A stretch of DNA of 64,000 nt from positions 62,001-126,000 of the forward strand of contig JABLTG010000035.1 in NCBI GenBank assembly GCA_016618085.1, written 5' to 3'. This document shows positions 26,064-37,050 of this stretch, piece by piece. The position numbers were made by a program, and so were the translations under genes. Numbering within the stretch: the first letter of the stretch is position 1; each line of letters begins with the position of its first letter. The notes beneath the pieces are model-generated. The model searched no databases and was not told the DNA's origin. It worked only from the letters and a program-made list of their open reading frames with translations. Source of the DNA: Neovahlkampfia damariscottae (Eukaryota).

Positions 26064-27412
26064 TTATTGTTTCACATGTTTAAAATTATCTTTGTTTAAA
26101 AGGAATTTATACTCTGGTGTATCTTGTCCTGAAAAATTCCAAGAACCATCTTTTCCAGGTTTAAAGAATTTTTGTTTATAAGTTTCACCTTTTTCTTCAA
26201 CATCTTTTTTTGAATTTCTTGCTGTTGTTTCTACTTTATTTTTTGCCTCTGCAGCCATTTCTAAATTATTTTCTTTAATTGCTTTTGTTAAATCTTTCCA
26301 TAATAAAGTTGATTCATTTTCTAAATGATCTTTTTCTGAAGGAATATGTTTTGTAATTTTTGGATAAGTCTTTGCATCAAATAATAATACTTTTTGAGCT
26401 CCTTTTTTATTTTCTGTAATATATATCTGTGTATTCCATTTTCCAGAAATTGTAAAAAGTTTTTTTCCTTTTTTTGTAATTTTACCATCAACACAATTAT
26501 AATCACCTCCAATCCATGGTTTTGCTTTAAAATTAAAATTCACTTCCATATTTGTTTCTTTACAAATAATATTGGTTTCTCCTGAATATTCAAATACTAA
26601 TTTACCAATAATGATACCTCTGCAATATACCTAAAATTATAAGTTAAAAAATATAATTCATCATTACATCAGGCCATGAAATATTATAATTTTCTTTATG
26701 TTTTGTAAAACTAACATCTAATTGACCTGCAGCTAAACTACCAACTGAGTTTCCATAAAATCTTGATTGTGGATGATACCATCCTTCCATAATTACTCCT
26801 TTTTCTTTATTTTCTCCATAAACAGCTGATATTGGTGGATGATGAGACATCTAATATTAATTTTTTTTTTTTTTTACTTGTTCAGCAAAATAAGTCATGA
26901 CAGAATCATCTTTAAAATTATATCTTGCACGAAATACTTCACCAAGAACAGGATTAAATGGTCTATTTTGTTTTAATTATTTTTTTCGTTTTTTACTTTT
27001 TTACTCCTCGAGGTTTAACGTGCCAACCTGATAAATACCATCTAACTACCTCAATCATACGTTCAACATCTGAATTTAAATCAGGTGCTCTCATGATAAT
27101 ATCACTATGAGACATTAAATCAGTCAATTTTTCCAGTAAAGAACGAGGTTCTAAAAATTCGCATGGAATCATGATTTTTGTAAGGTCCATACCCCATTTT
27201 AATTGTTTCATGAGTGAAAACATAATACTTTTTGTTTCTTCATCAACAATTTCAACATCACCTTCTTCTGCACCTTTCAGAGTAATTTCTTCTTTTTCTT
27301 CTTCTGTTGTTGGTATATCACTCATTCTTCTTTCTTCACTCATTTGAGAGGGATAAATATCACTTTCACTCTTTCTTTCTTTTGTTAAACCTTTGTTATT
27401 GTTCATGTGCAT
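26064..27412 (-). CDS. oxysterol-binding protein (ORD-only)
   Basis: GMDLTKI.IP.EFLEPRSLLEKL, KKPFNPVLGEVF, EQMSHHPPIS. Confidence 0.93.
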
Positions 27413-27560
27413 TGGTTTTAACGTTTTAAATTGTTGATTGGTTGATAATGTTCCTCAGTTTTTTTAAAAATAGAATTCAAAAAAATTACTCATCACAGTA
27501 GATCTATGTAGAAATGTTAAAACAAATAATTTTGAATAGTTCCACCAATTAAATTATTCA

Positions 27561-27764
27561 ATGGGATTTGCATTTTCCAAACCAAACCTAGAAACACTAA
27601 TCACTTATGCCCTTGAACCAAACTACAAAACACCAACATTGGATAAATTTGAAGATTACATGAATATGGTTCATCCTTTGGTTCAGAATGAAGCAGAATT
27701 TGAAGAAAATTTTTGTAAAATTAGAAAGAAAGTTAAATTTTCACATAACTTGCTTGAAGAATAA
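27561..27764 (+). CDS. small hypothetical protein, 67 aa, MGxxxS N-terminus
   Basis: ATG ORF filling a gap between genes, CCAAT at 27545, possible N-myristoylation motif MGFAFSK. Confidence 0.5.
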   Translation: MGFAFSKPNLETLITYALEPNYKTPTLDKFEDYMNMVHPLVQNEAEFEENFCKIRKKVKFSHNLLEE

Positions 27765-27779
27765 AATATAAAATATTAT

Positions 27780-28643
27780 TTATTTGAAGTTTTTATATTG
27801 CCAAACTGTATCCAATGCATATGGTTCTGTGATTGTAACACCTTCTTTTTTAATTGTAGAAACTTGAATTTTGTTAATTGTTCTTGCATCACGATAAAAT
27901 AAAACTCTCATTGATTCTTCTAAAATGTTTTTTGCTTCTTGTTCTGAAATTTTTCCTTGTTTGTCATCATAATGTTTACGAAGAAGAGGAATTGCAATAT
28001 AAGCACCATATCCAGTAGCAATTGTATTATCTTCATAATGTGAACCTACAAGATCAACAACTCCAAGAAATCTAAATGTTATTTTTTTTTTTTTTTTTTA
28101 CGGTTTATCTTCTTGAAAACCTCCAACAACAATTGAATTCCATAAAGGATCAAATTTACCTCTTCTTTCATACATCATACGAATTAAATAATTATAAATT
28201 TCAGATGGATAAAGTTTGGCTTTATCATCAAAACAATAATCTTTGTCACTAAAAAAAAAATAAAAAAAAAAAAAAAAACGTACACCAATTCTTGAAGATT
28301 ATTTGAGATATGTTGAAAATCGCTCATGTCACCTGATCCACCAATTGCGGTTGAATCACCAACAGCAGATAATCTTGAAAGACTTCTGAATCTTGCCATT
28401 GACCCATAAGAGCCTAATGTATCTGCTGCTAACATAACACCACCATCAAATTTTATTCCTAAAACTGATGTACCTGTGACCATAGGTTGTCTTTAAAAAA
28501 ATATAAAAAATAATTTAAAATTGGATACTGAGTTCTTTGTTTTGTATTTGTAGATGGCTTTTGTATTCTAAATGTTAAATAAGAGATTATATTTACGGTT
28601 CTTCAATGTGTTGTTGTCTTTTAAATTCTTCAACAAAACTCAT
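27780..28643 (-). CDS. PSMB4: 20S proteasome subunit beta-7 (PSMB4/Pre4), multi-exon
   Basis: [59 protein letters not shown]. Confidence 0.95.
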
Positions 28644-28866
28644 CCTTATTATTTTTAGATTTGTTTCCTGTAGTTTTTTATTGGTGGGTTTTTTTCAGCC
28701 AATAAATATTTTTCTCCTTCACAGACCTGAATTTACCTCAATTTTCGACTATGTTCACCTCTTTTCCAGTTTGAATGTTCAAAGCACTGAATATTTTATT
28801 TTTGGATTACCTACTTATACCTAGAATAACCTTTAATTCCGATTGGTTGGAAAAGTTCACCTTTTG

Positions 28867-30597
28867 ATGAAGACAAACAAAAAGAATATTGTTTGGTGTT
28901 TGATAATCGTTTTCTTTGGATTGAATGTTATACTGCAAATTATATTTATCTACAGAAGAAAGGAGCACATTGAAATAGAAAGAAATACAAAAGATGGTTT
29001 AAAAACAAAAAATATGTATCCACCACTGCTACAACTTTCTGAAAATTTTCCAAAAATTCAGATTATAATGCCTACAATGTACAGAAGAACCACAGGGTAT
29101 GAGTATCTTGGAAAAACATTCAGGAGTTTCAGTTCAAGTTTATCCGGTTTGAATGTTGATTTTCAAGTGAACGCTTTTGAAAGAAAAAGTATTTTTAATA
29201 ATGATGTTCCTCTTAAAGACTCAAATTTTAAATTGACCAAGTTCCAACAAGATGAAAGATTACGTAGTTTTTTGAAAGATCCTGATCAAGAACTAAAAAG
29301 AGTCCAAAAAAAATATGGTGAAGTAAATATTGAAAAAATACATAAGTGGAACAATCAAGCACTAGATTGGATGGCTATGATGAATATTTGGAGAAATACA
29401 AATTGTTCAGATTCAAAAATTTTTCTTTACATGGAAGATGATTTTGAGATATGTGATGGAGCAATGTCTCATATTTTGAGTTTATATCAATGGGGTGAAA
29501 TGCATTTAGATGAATGGTTGGTAATTAGATTAACATTTGGGTTTTCTGGCTTGTTAATGCAATGCAGAGATATTCCAAAATTCATGGAGGTAATTGAAAA
29601 AACTTCAATCAATCAATCTTTTCCAAGTAAGGGATATTAATACTAAATTCTAAGTTGATACTGCATTGGCCCTATTTTGGGATCCATTCAATTCTAGACA
29701 AACTCGTGCTCACCATGCTTATCGATATATTTTATTTGAGCATATTGGATATGAATCATCTGTTGGGAATAGAAGAAATAGAGATTACAAGTGCTTTGGT
29801 TTAATGAAATCACCAATATTTCATTATCAAGAACAATTTGATTGGAATTGTGAAAATTTCATGATGTCACCATGTAACAAAGAATCAGTTAAACAATTGG
29901 TATTTCGTCATATCCCATATTCAGATGTTCCTATTGACCATACAACAAGGGAAGTATTAATGCGTAGAATTGGACATGAAATAGTTGGAGGTGAAAATAT
30001 TTTTCGAAGGTCATGCACTCAAATTTGTGAAGATATGGATATGAAATGTTCACCAAAAGCATTTCAATTCTTGAATAATTGTGAAACAATAAAAGAAAAA
30101 ATGAATGTAAATTGTAGATGTTATAATATGATTGATGATGAAGGTGATTCATTACCTTTGTATGACCTCTCAATGAATGTAACTTTTGTTATTCTAATTG
30201 TCAAAAGGAGTGTAAATTCTTGGTAAATGTTACTTCAACTTGTGATTCTCAAAGATGGGGATCCAAACGGATATGCCCATGTATGATATTATCTGACGAA
30301 GAACTATCTATGTCACGACAAGAGCCGAGACACAAGGGTGATAAAGATGATGTGTTAACAAAATTTAATCACATTATGAAAGAATTTTATACCAAAGTCG
30401 AAAAAGATTCTCTTTTGGATGAAGAAAATAAAAAAGAATCACAAATATTCAAGAAAATTGTTGAAAATGGTCCAGTCAAACCAAACAGTAAACTTGCAAA
30501 CGATATGGCCGAACTTTTGGTGCAAATGAAAAAAAATCAAGAAAAAGAAAGAACATCAAAAGCATTGGCGGACAGAGAAGATTTGAATAAATTCTAA
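28867..30597 (+). CDS. GT54/MGAT4-like N-acetylglucosaminyltransferase with Cys-rich C-terminal module
   Basis: Type II TM, IIMPTMYRR...YLGKT, QALDW, YMEDD, LFEHIGYESS; SCTQIC...C...F..LNNC...RICPC; introns 29627-29654 and 30179-30207. Confidence 0.72.
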
Positions 30598-30811
30598 CAT
30601 CCTACTAAATTACTTCATACTTTGTTCAAAATCCAAACAAGAGTTTGTTTTTTGCATACTGACACCACATTGGTGGATCGTTTACCCAATCAAATTGATT
30701 AGTAATTACCCAATGATTCAACTTTCTTTTCTTCGATGATCTCATTGGACGAATCAACAATAAATATCATTGGTTAACGGTTTTTTTAAAGGTAAATTAC
30801 GAAAACAAAAC

Positions 30812-31705
30812 ATGTCAATCGCTAAAACATTCAGCCACCTCAGCAAAGATCTTCTCACCGAAACTTCTTCAGCATTCAATCTTCATGTCACCAAAAGCTC
30901 AAAAAAAGAGAAATTTGGAGAAGCAGTTTCAGAAAAAGCAACTTTAAAAGGAATTAATCAACTCCTTGGAGCTCTTGAAAAAGATACCTGCAAAGTCATC
31001 CTTGAAAAATATGGTGAAAAAGTAGAACACAATAGCAAAATTAAAATGCAACAAAGTATTCAAAACGCAATAAAAGACAAAGGAATGGATTCTGTTTTCA
31101 AAAATCAAAGCTTAGAAACACTCAAAAAATGTATCAAAGGGTTATCATCAAAACCAAAAGCAACAAAACAAAGTGAATTGGCAGAAGAACTTGAAGATCA
31201 TATTCAAATTGCAGGTTTGAGAGAAATGTTAGAACAAATGAAAAAACCATTCATCACAGAAGTTTTAGAAGAATTAAAATTAAAAAAAACTGGAAATAAA
31301 GAATCAGGAATCGAAAGAATTGTTGCTAATGCGTTCCCAGACTTGGTAACAGTTGAAGAAAAAGAAGAAGAAAAAGAAGAAAAAAAAGAAGAAAAAAAAG
31401 AAAAGAAAGAAAAAAAATCAACTGAAAAAAAAGAAAAAGAACAAAAAGAAAGACCACCAGTTCCACCTTTAAAAAAAGGGATCACTTATGATCAAATATT
31501 TCAATCATATTACGCAAGTGAACTAAAAGATTATTGCAAAAAAGAAAAATTATTGAGTCATGGAAATAAACAAGAAATGATAAAAAGAATTTTGGCTTAT
31601 CTTGGAGGTGATGTTACAACAACTAAACCAGGTAATAAAACATCAAAAAAAAGAAAAGCATCACAAAAAGCTCCAAAATCTGATGCAAAAAAAGTTAAAA
31701 AATAA
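30812..31705 (+). CDS. SAP-domain K/E-rich probable nuclear protein
   Basis: SAP-like ELKDYCKKEKLLSHGNKQEMIKRI and LEELKLKKTGNKESGIERI; basic tail. Confidence 0.7.
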   Translation: MSIAKTFSHLSKDLLTETSSAFNLHVTKSSKKEKFGEAVSEKATLKGINQLLGALEKDTCKVILEKYGEKVEHNSKIKMQQSIQNAIKDKGMDSVFKNQSLETLKKCIKGLSSKPKATKQSELAEELEDHIQIAGLREMLEQMKKPFITEVLEELKLKKTGNKESGIERIVANAFPDLVTVEEKEEEKEEKKEEKKEKKEKKSTEKKEKEQKERPPVPPLKKGITYDQIFQSYYASELKDYCKKEKLLSHGNKQEMIKRILAYLGGDVTTTKPGNKTSKKRKASQKAPKSDAKKVKK

Positions 31706-31822
31706 ATATTTGTACAAATAATATACAACACTCCTTATTGCTCTTCAAAAAGATATGATCATATTTTTTGTAACCTATTTGATGATACATTAAAGAAAAT
31801 GAGAAAAATGATTTTTTATTGG

Positions 31823-34246
31823 TTAAATATTATTTTCTAAAAGAGACTTTGGAATTTCTTTTTGTTTTAATTCAAAATCCAAATCAATTTCATCTGGATT
31901 AATTTCTTTTTCAAGTTGTTCCATTGGATTTTCAATTTCAACTCTTTTTCTTTTTTTTTCTTCTTTTTTTTCTTCAATTACATTTTTAATTGTTGTTGCT
32001 TGATTAATATTAATTGTTGAATTGAATGCAATTGATACAGTTCTTTTAATTCTTAACATTTCTTTTGCAGTTTCTGGATTACCATGAAATTTTTCAAATT
32101 CAAACCAAAGATCCCAAAATTTTAAATCAATTGAAGGATCACAATAATTTGAAGCATGAATATAAATTGCTCTTGCTCTATCAATTTCACCTAATTTTCT
32201 TTCTAAATCAGCATATTTTAAACACATATCTCTAATGGATCTATTTGGTAAAGAATTTATTGCTTTTTCATAAATATCTCTAGTTTTTGAAACACCAAAA
32301 TATTCTGATGCTCTATTTATATAAATTAAAAACATTTCAATTTTTTGTTCATTTTTAATTTTTGAAATTGAACGATCATAAATAGTCATTGCATTTTTAG
32401 TTAAACCAAAATCTTCTTCAAATTTTGCATAAAGTAAATAAATATTCTTTGAATAATCATTTGGACATTTTAATAAACATTGTTCAAATAAATCTCTTGT
32501 TCTTTCAACTTTTGTATCTTTATATCTTTTTATAAATTTAATTAAATAATGAATCCAAATATGATAAACTTGTGGATATCCAAATAAATGAATACCTTTT
32601 TCATATGCTTTAAATGATAATTCAAAATATTTTCCTTCTTCAAGTAAATTTGAATAATTTATAATCATTTGTGGTGTAATAATCTTTAAATCAATTATTT
32701 TATCATATATTTCACAAATACTTTCAATTGTACCAAAACATTCTTCTAAATCACATGCTAATGTCCATAATTTTAAACTTTTAAATAATTTCTTTTGAAT
32801 TGGTAATTTTCTATATTCTTCTTCTTTTAACCAACCAATCAAATTCATTTTTGGTATTTCAATTGATCTTTTAATTAATTCATGTGCTTCAATATAATTC
32901 TCATTTAATAATTCCATTTCAATCCATTCAGTCCAAATAGATGCTAATTCATCAACACTTTTAAATTCTTTTAAAATTGAAATTTCAAATATTCTTCTAG
33001 CTGATTCAATATTTTCATTTTTTAATAAAAATTTAGCATAACTTATCCATAATGTATATAATTTACCAATACACATTTTTGGATTAATTGTTTCTAATGC
33101 CATTTTATAAGTTAAATGTACTTTTAATTTATCTTGTGAAAATATTTTAATTCTTTTATGCCATTCATAAACATTATGTGGATTTTGTGCTAATTTTACA
33201 CTATTATTTAATTCTTCTCTTCTTTCAATTAAATTTTCAAGTTTTAATGTCCAATATTCAATTTCATCTTTTAAATTAAAAATATCTTCTTCTTCTTCTT
33301 CTTCTTGTTGTTCCATTTTTAATGAAATAATTGAATAAAGAAAATTTGAGTATGATTCAAAAATTAAACCAAAATCTTTTACAGAAGCTACTTTTTCCAT
33401 ACCTTCTTCATAAGTATCACATGATTTATGTAAATCACCTTGATTCAAATAATATGTTGATAAATAAACCCATAATTGTCCAATTTCTGTATCAAATTTT
33501 TTTAATGCTTCTTTTATATATTTTGTTGGATCAATATTTTTAAAGTATTCAGCTTTTGTTGAAATTAATTCACAAAGTTCAATCCAAAGATCATTTTTTG
33601 ATTTTTCATAAATACTTCGAAATGAATCTTCATTTACAATTTTACCAAGATTTATACATGCTTCTTCATAATTTTCTCTTTTTATCATTTCTTCAATATA
33701 TTCTTCAATATTTTGTGGTTCAAGCATTAAATATCTTTTATAAATTGACATTACTGTTTCAATAGGTATATATTTTTGTTGTAAAAATTGTTTATATAAT
33801 TTCCAAATTCTTTGATGTTGAGTTACAGGTAAACTTTGAAGACTTCTATCAAATGTTTCACGTGTTTTAGTAATTAAATTTTGTTTCATTAAAAATTTTA
33901 AATATTCTTCCCAAATACGAGGCATTTTATGCATAAAAATAAGAGCTCTTTCAAAACATTCATTTGTTAGTTTCCAAACAGAATTGTTTAAATCAAAATC
34001 ATCTGCTTGTCTAATTCTCATCTGAAGGTATTGGTTCCAAAGTTTATATGATCCAGGAAGTGATTCTAAAGCTCTTTCATATAAAAGATTCAGCACGTTC
34101 GGATTGGTTTCTGGATTTCCAAGTTTTGCTTCAATATAACGTAACCATGACTGTAGTTGAATTGGATTTTTTTGAACGTCATCTTCATAAGTATAATCCT
34201 CGTCTGTTTGAATCTCAGAAACTAACAACTTTGCGAATGAAGTCAT
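31823..34246 (-). CDS. SYF1: pre-mRNA splicing factor SYF1/XAB2 (HAT repeats)
   Basis: YERALESLPGSYKLW, FMHKMPRIW, LPVTQHQRIW, LGEIDRARAIY, EMLRIKRTV. Confidence 0.96.
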   Translation of the reverse strand: MTSFAKLLVSEIQTDEDYTYEDDVQKNPIQLQSWLRYIEAKLGNPETNPNVLNLLYERALESLPGSYKLWNQYLQMRIRQADDFDLNNSVWKLTNECFERALIFMHKMPRIWEEYLKFLMKQNLITKTRETFDRSLQSLPVTQHQRIWKLYKQFLQQKYIPIETVMSIYKRYLMLEPQNIEEYIEEMIKRENYEEACINLGKIVNEDSFRSIYEKSKNDLWIELCELISTKAEYFKNIDPTKYIKEALKKFDTEIGQLWVYLSTYYLNQGDLHKSCDTYEEGMEKVASVKDFGLIFESYSNFLYSIISLKMEQQEEEEEEDIFNLKDEIEYWTLKLENLIERREELNNSVKLAQNPHNVYEWHKRIKIFSQDKLKVHLTYKMALETINPKMCIGKLYTLWISYAKFLLKNENIESARRIFEISILKEFKSVDELASIWTEWIEMELLNENYIEAHELIKRSIEIPKMNLIGWLKEEEYRKLPIQKKLFKSLKLWTLACDLEECFGTIESICEIYDKIIDLKIITPQMIINYSNLLEEGKYFELSFKAYEKGIHLFGYPQVYHIWIHYLIKFIKRYKDTKVERTRDLFEQCLLKCPNDYSKNIYLLYAKFEEDFGLTKNAMTIYDRSISKIKNEQKIEMFLIYINRASEYFGVSKTRDIYEKAINSLPNRSIRDMCLKYADLERKLGEIDRARAIYIHASNYCDPSIDLKFWDLWFEFEKFHGNPETAKEMLRIKRTVSIAFNSTININQATTIKNVIEEKKEEKKRKRVEIENPMEQLEKEINPDEIDLDFELKQKEIPKSLLENNI

Positions 34247-34411
34247 TGAAATTTGTTGGCATTCAATTGGTCAACTGATTTCAAAATTAAAAAAAGTTAA
34301 TTTATTTCATTTAAATTGAAAATTTATTATTTTTTGAAACATCAAAAAAAATATTTTCCAATAATCCAATTTCATTGGTTCAATCTTCTGTCATAAAAAA
34401 CGTTAAAACCG

Positions 34412-36965
34412 ATGGAAGCAACCAAAGAAGATATCAATGAAACCACTTCAACAAATTCAGAAGAAATAAAAGAAGAAACAAAAGAGAGTTTTGATGAAAA
34501 AAAAGATTTAACAAAAATTGAAACTGTAAATAAAGAAGAAAATGTAAAGACATCAGAAATCATTGAAGTCACAAATAACACGGAAGAAGAGATTGAAGTT
34601 ATAAAAAAGGATGGTGAAATTACCGAAGTAACAACTTCAAATGAATACATTTTATCTTTGAAAGAAAAATCAATGAGAGACTCTAAAGAATTAGATTTAA
34701 CAAATTTAGAAATTGTAGAATTCCCAGAAGAAATATTAGAATGGGATTATTTGAAAAGAATTTTATTGGGTAAAAATTCAATTTCTGAATTACCTTCAAA
34801 CATTGATATTTTTGGTAAAAACTTAAAAACATTAGATTTATCACAAAATTGTTTAACAAAATTACCTGAAACATTTTCATTTTTAATTCATTTACAACAT
34901 TTAAATCTTGGATTTAATCAATTTAAAGAGTTTCCAAAAGAAGTATTAGATTTAACTTTAAAGAGTTTAGATTTAAGTTTTAATTTACTTTCTAAAATTG
35001 ATTTTGAATTAACAAAAATGGAAACACTTGAAGAATTAGATTTATCAAGTAATCAAATTACTGATTTACCAATGGAATTAACTCAAATGAAGAAATTAAG
35101 AAAAATACAAATTAGAGGAAATACACCACAATGTGAAGAATTAAAATTTTTAGAAATTGAATTTAAAGTTAATGGATTTAGAGATTCACAAGTTAGTACA
35201 CCAGTTGGATCACCAGATCGAAAGAAAATTGAAGGACAAGTAGTATTTCAATCAATTAAAAATGTTATAACTATGGATAATTTAAATATAATTAAAAAAG
35301 ATTTAAAAGATTTAAATTTAATAAATTCATCAAAATCATTAATTCAAATTGAAAATGGACAAGAAATAATTAATATTCAAAATGGTGAAATTGAAAGAGG
35401 AAAAGTAATTTTAGATTTATTAGAAAGTGAAGCAAAATATATGGCATTATTAAATTCACTTGTTGGTAATTATGTTTTACCTTTAAGAAAAGATGCAGCA
35501 CCAATTTTAAAAAAATTAAAAATAACATCAAAACAATCACAAGCTCTATTTCCACCTGAATTAACTTCAATGATACCTTTTAATAAAGGTATGTTTAAAA
35601 AGTTACATAAAGAAGCTAAAAATGGAATTAAACCTATTTGTGATATTTTTAATTCTCATGAAGGATTATTTCAAATGTATGTAAATTATACAAAAGCCTA
35701 TCAAATTTCATTAATTCAACTTCGAAAATTAACTGAACAAAATGAAAAATTTAAACAATGGTGTTTACAAAAAGCACAAATTACAGAAGAAGATTTATCA
35801 ACTTTTTTAATTTTACCAATTCAACGCATACCAAATTATGTTTTCTTTTTTGAAACTTTAGTTCAATTAACTGAATCAACCAATGAACATTTTGATTATT
35901 TAAATAAAACATTGGAAATGATATCAAAATATTCAATGATGTTAAATAAAATATCAGAAGAAAAAATTGAAAATATTGATGAATTAACCAATGATGATCC
36001 AGATTCAATTTATCAAGGAAAAAAATTAAGAAGAAGAAATTCTCTTCATAAAAAGAATTTAAATGGTTTTTCAGATTATTTAAATCTTGAAGAAAATTTA
36101 AAAATTAAAGAGTTAATTAAAAATCAAAAATTATTATTTTCTTCAGAAATTGAAGAATTTAATGAAAAATTAAAATCAATTTCAAAAAATTTAATTTTAA
36201 CTGAAAATAATATTTATTTTTTTGATTCAAAATTAAAATTATCTTTAGATTTAAATTTAAATAATTTAGAAGAAATTCAAGTTTCAAAATTAATTGATGG
36301 TTTTTTAATTTTTAAAATTGATAATCAAAAATCAATTTTAATTCAATCAGAAAAGAAAACTGAAATATTAACAATTTTAATTAAATTATATAGAAAACTA
36401 TTAAAAAAAGAATTAAAAATTGAAGTATCAAATCAGTAAGATTTATATTTAATTTAAATGATTTATTATTAGATTAAAATTTAATAATTTAAATTTAAAA
36501 TTTAAATCAGAAGACGAAAAAAAAGAGAAAGAAGAATTTATTTTTAAAAATGATTCAAATGTTGATATTTTAATTCCAATAATTTTTGATGAACCAAAGT
36601 TATCTCATGTTTCATCATTTGTTCATGTTAAAGGTAAATCTCAACCAATTGAATTAGATCCAAAAAAAACGAAAATAATTTCTTTACCAAGAAAAGGATC
36701 TGCTTATAATGTTGAAGTTCAAATTATTGTTAATGATTATTTAGAAGATTGTCAAATTGTTGAAATTATTGAAACTTTAGCAACTAAACAAACTTTTATT
36801 TCAAAAATATCTCCAATGGGAAGAAGAGATGAACCTTTTGTATTTCAATTAGCTGGAAAACAACCAAATTTTGCTATTTTTGGTAAAACTAGAGTTAGAG
36901 TCATTTTAGCAGACTCTGCCAAGAATATTTTATTGGAATTAAAATTTGAGTACTTTCCAATTTAA
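34412..36965 (+). CDS. LRR + DH (RhoGEF) + myosin TH1-like + RhoGDI-like protein, intron 36436-36472
   Basis: LxxLxLxxNxL repeats; DLLESEAKYM and FLILPIQRIPNY DH motifs; KKLRRRNSL...FSDYL...SEKKTE TH1; open last exon ending at 36965. Confidence 0.8.
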
Positions 36966-37050
36966 TAAATTTTTATTTTCCAATTTTTTTTTGTTTTTTT
37001 CTTTAAAGAAAGAAATAATCAAATTTAAACAATATTTATAAAATTTTTAT

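Noticed and set aside
28491..28528. Intron donor GTATCC in PSMB4 resembling a U12-type 5' splice site
   Set aside because: It continues GTATCCAA rather than GTATCCTT, has no TCCTTAAC branch site, and has ordinary local intron length
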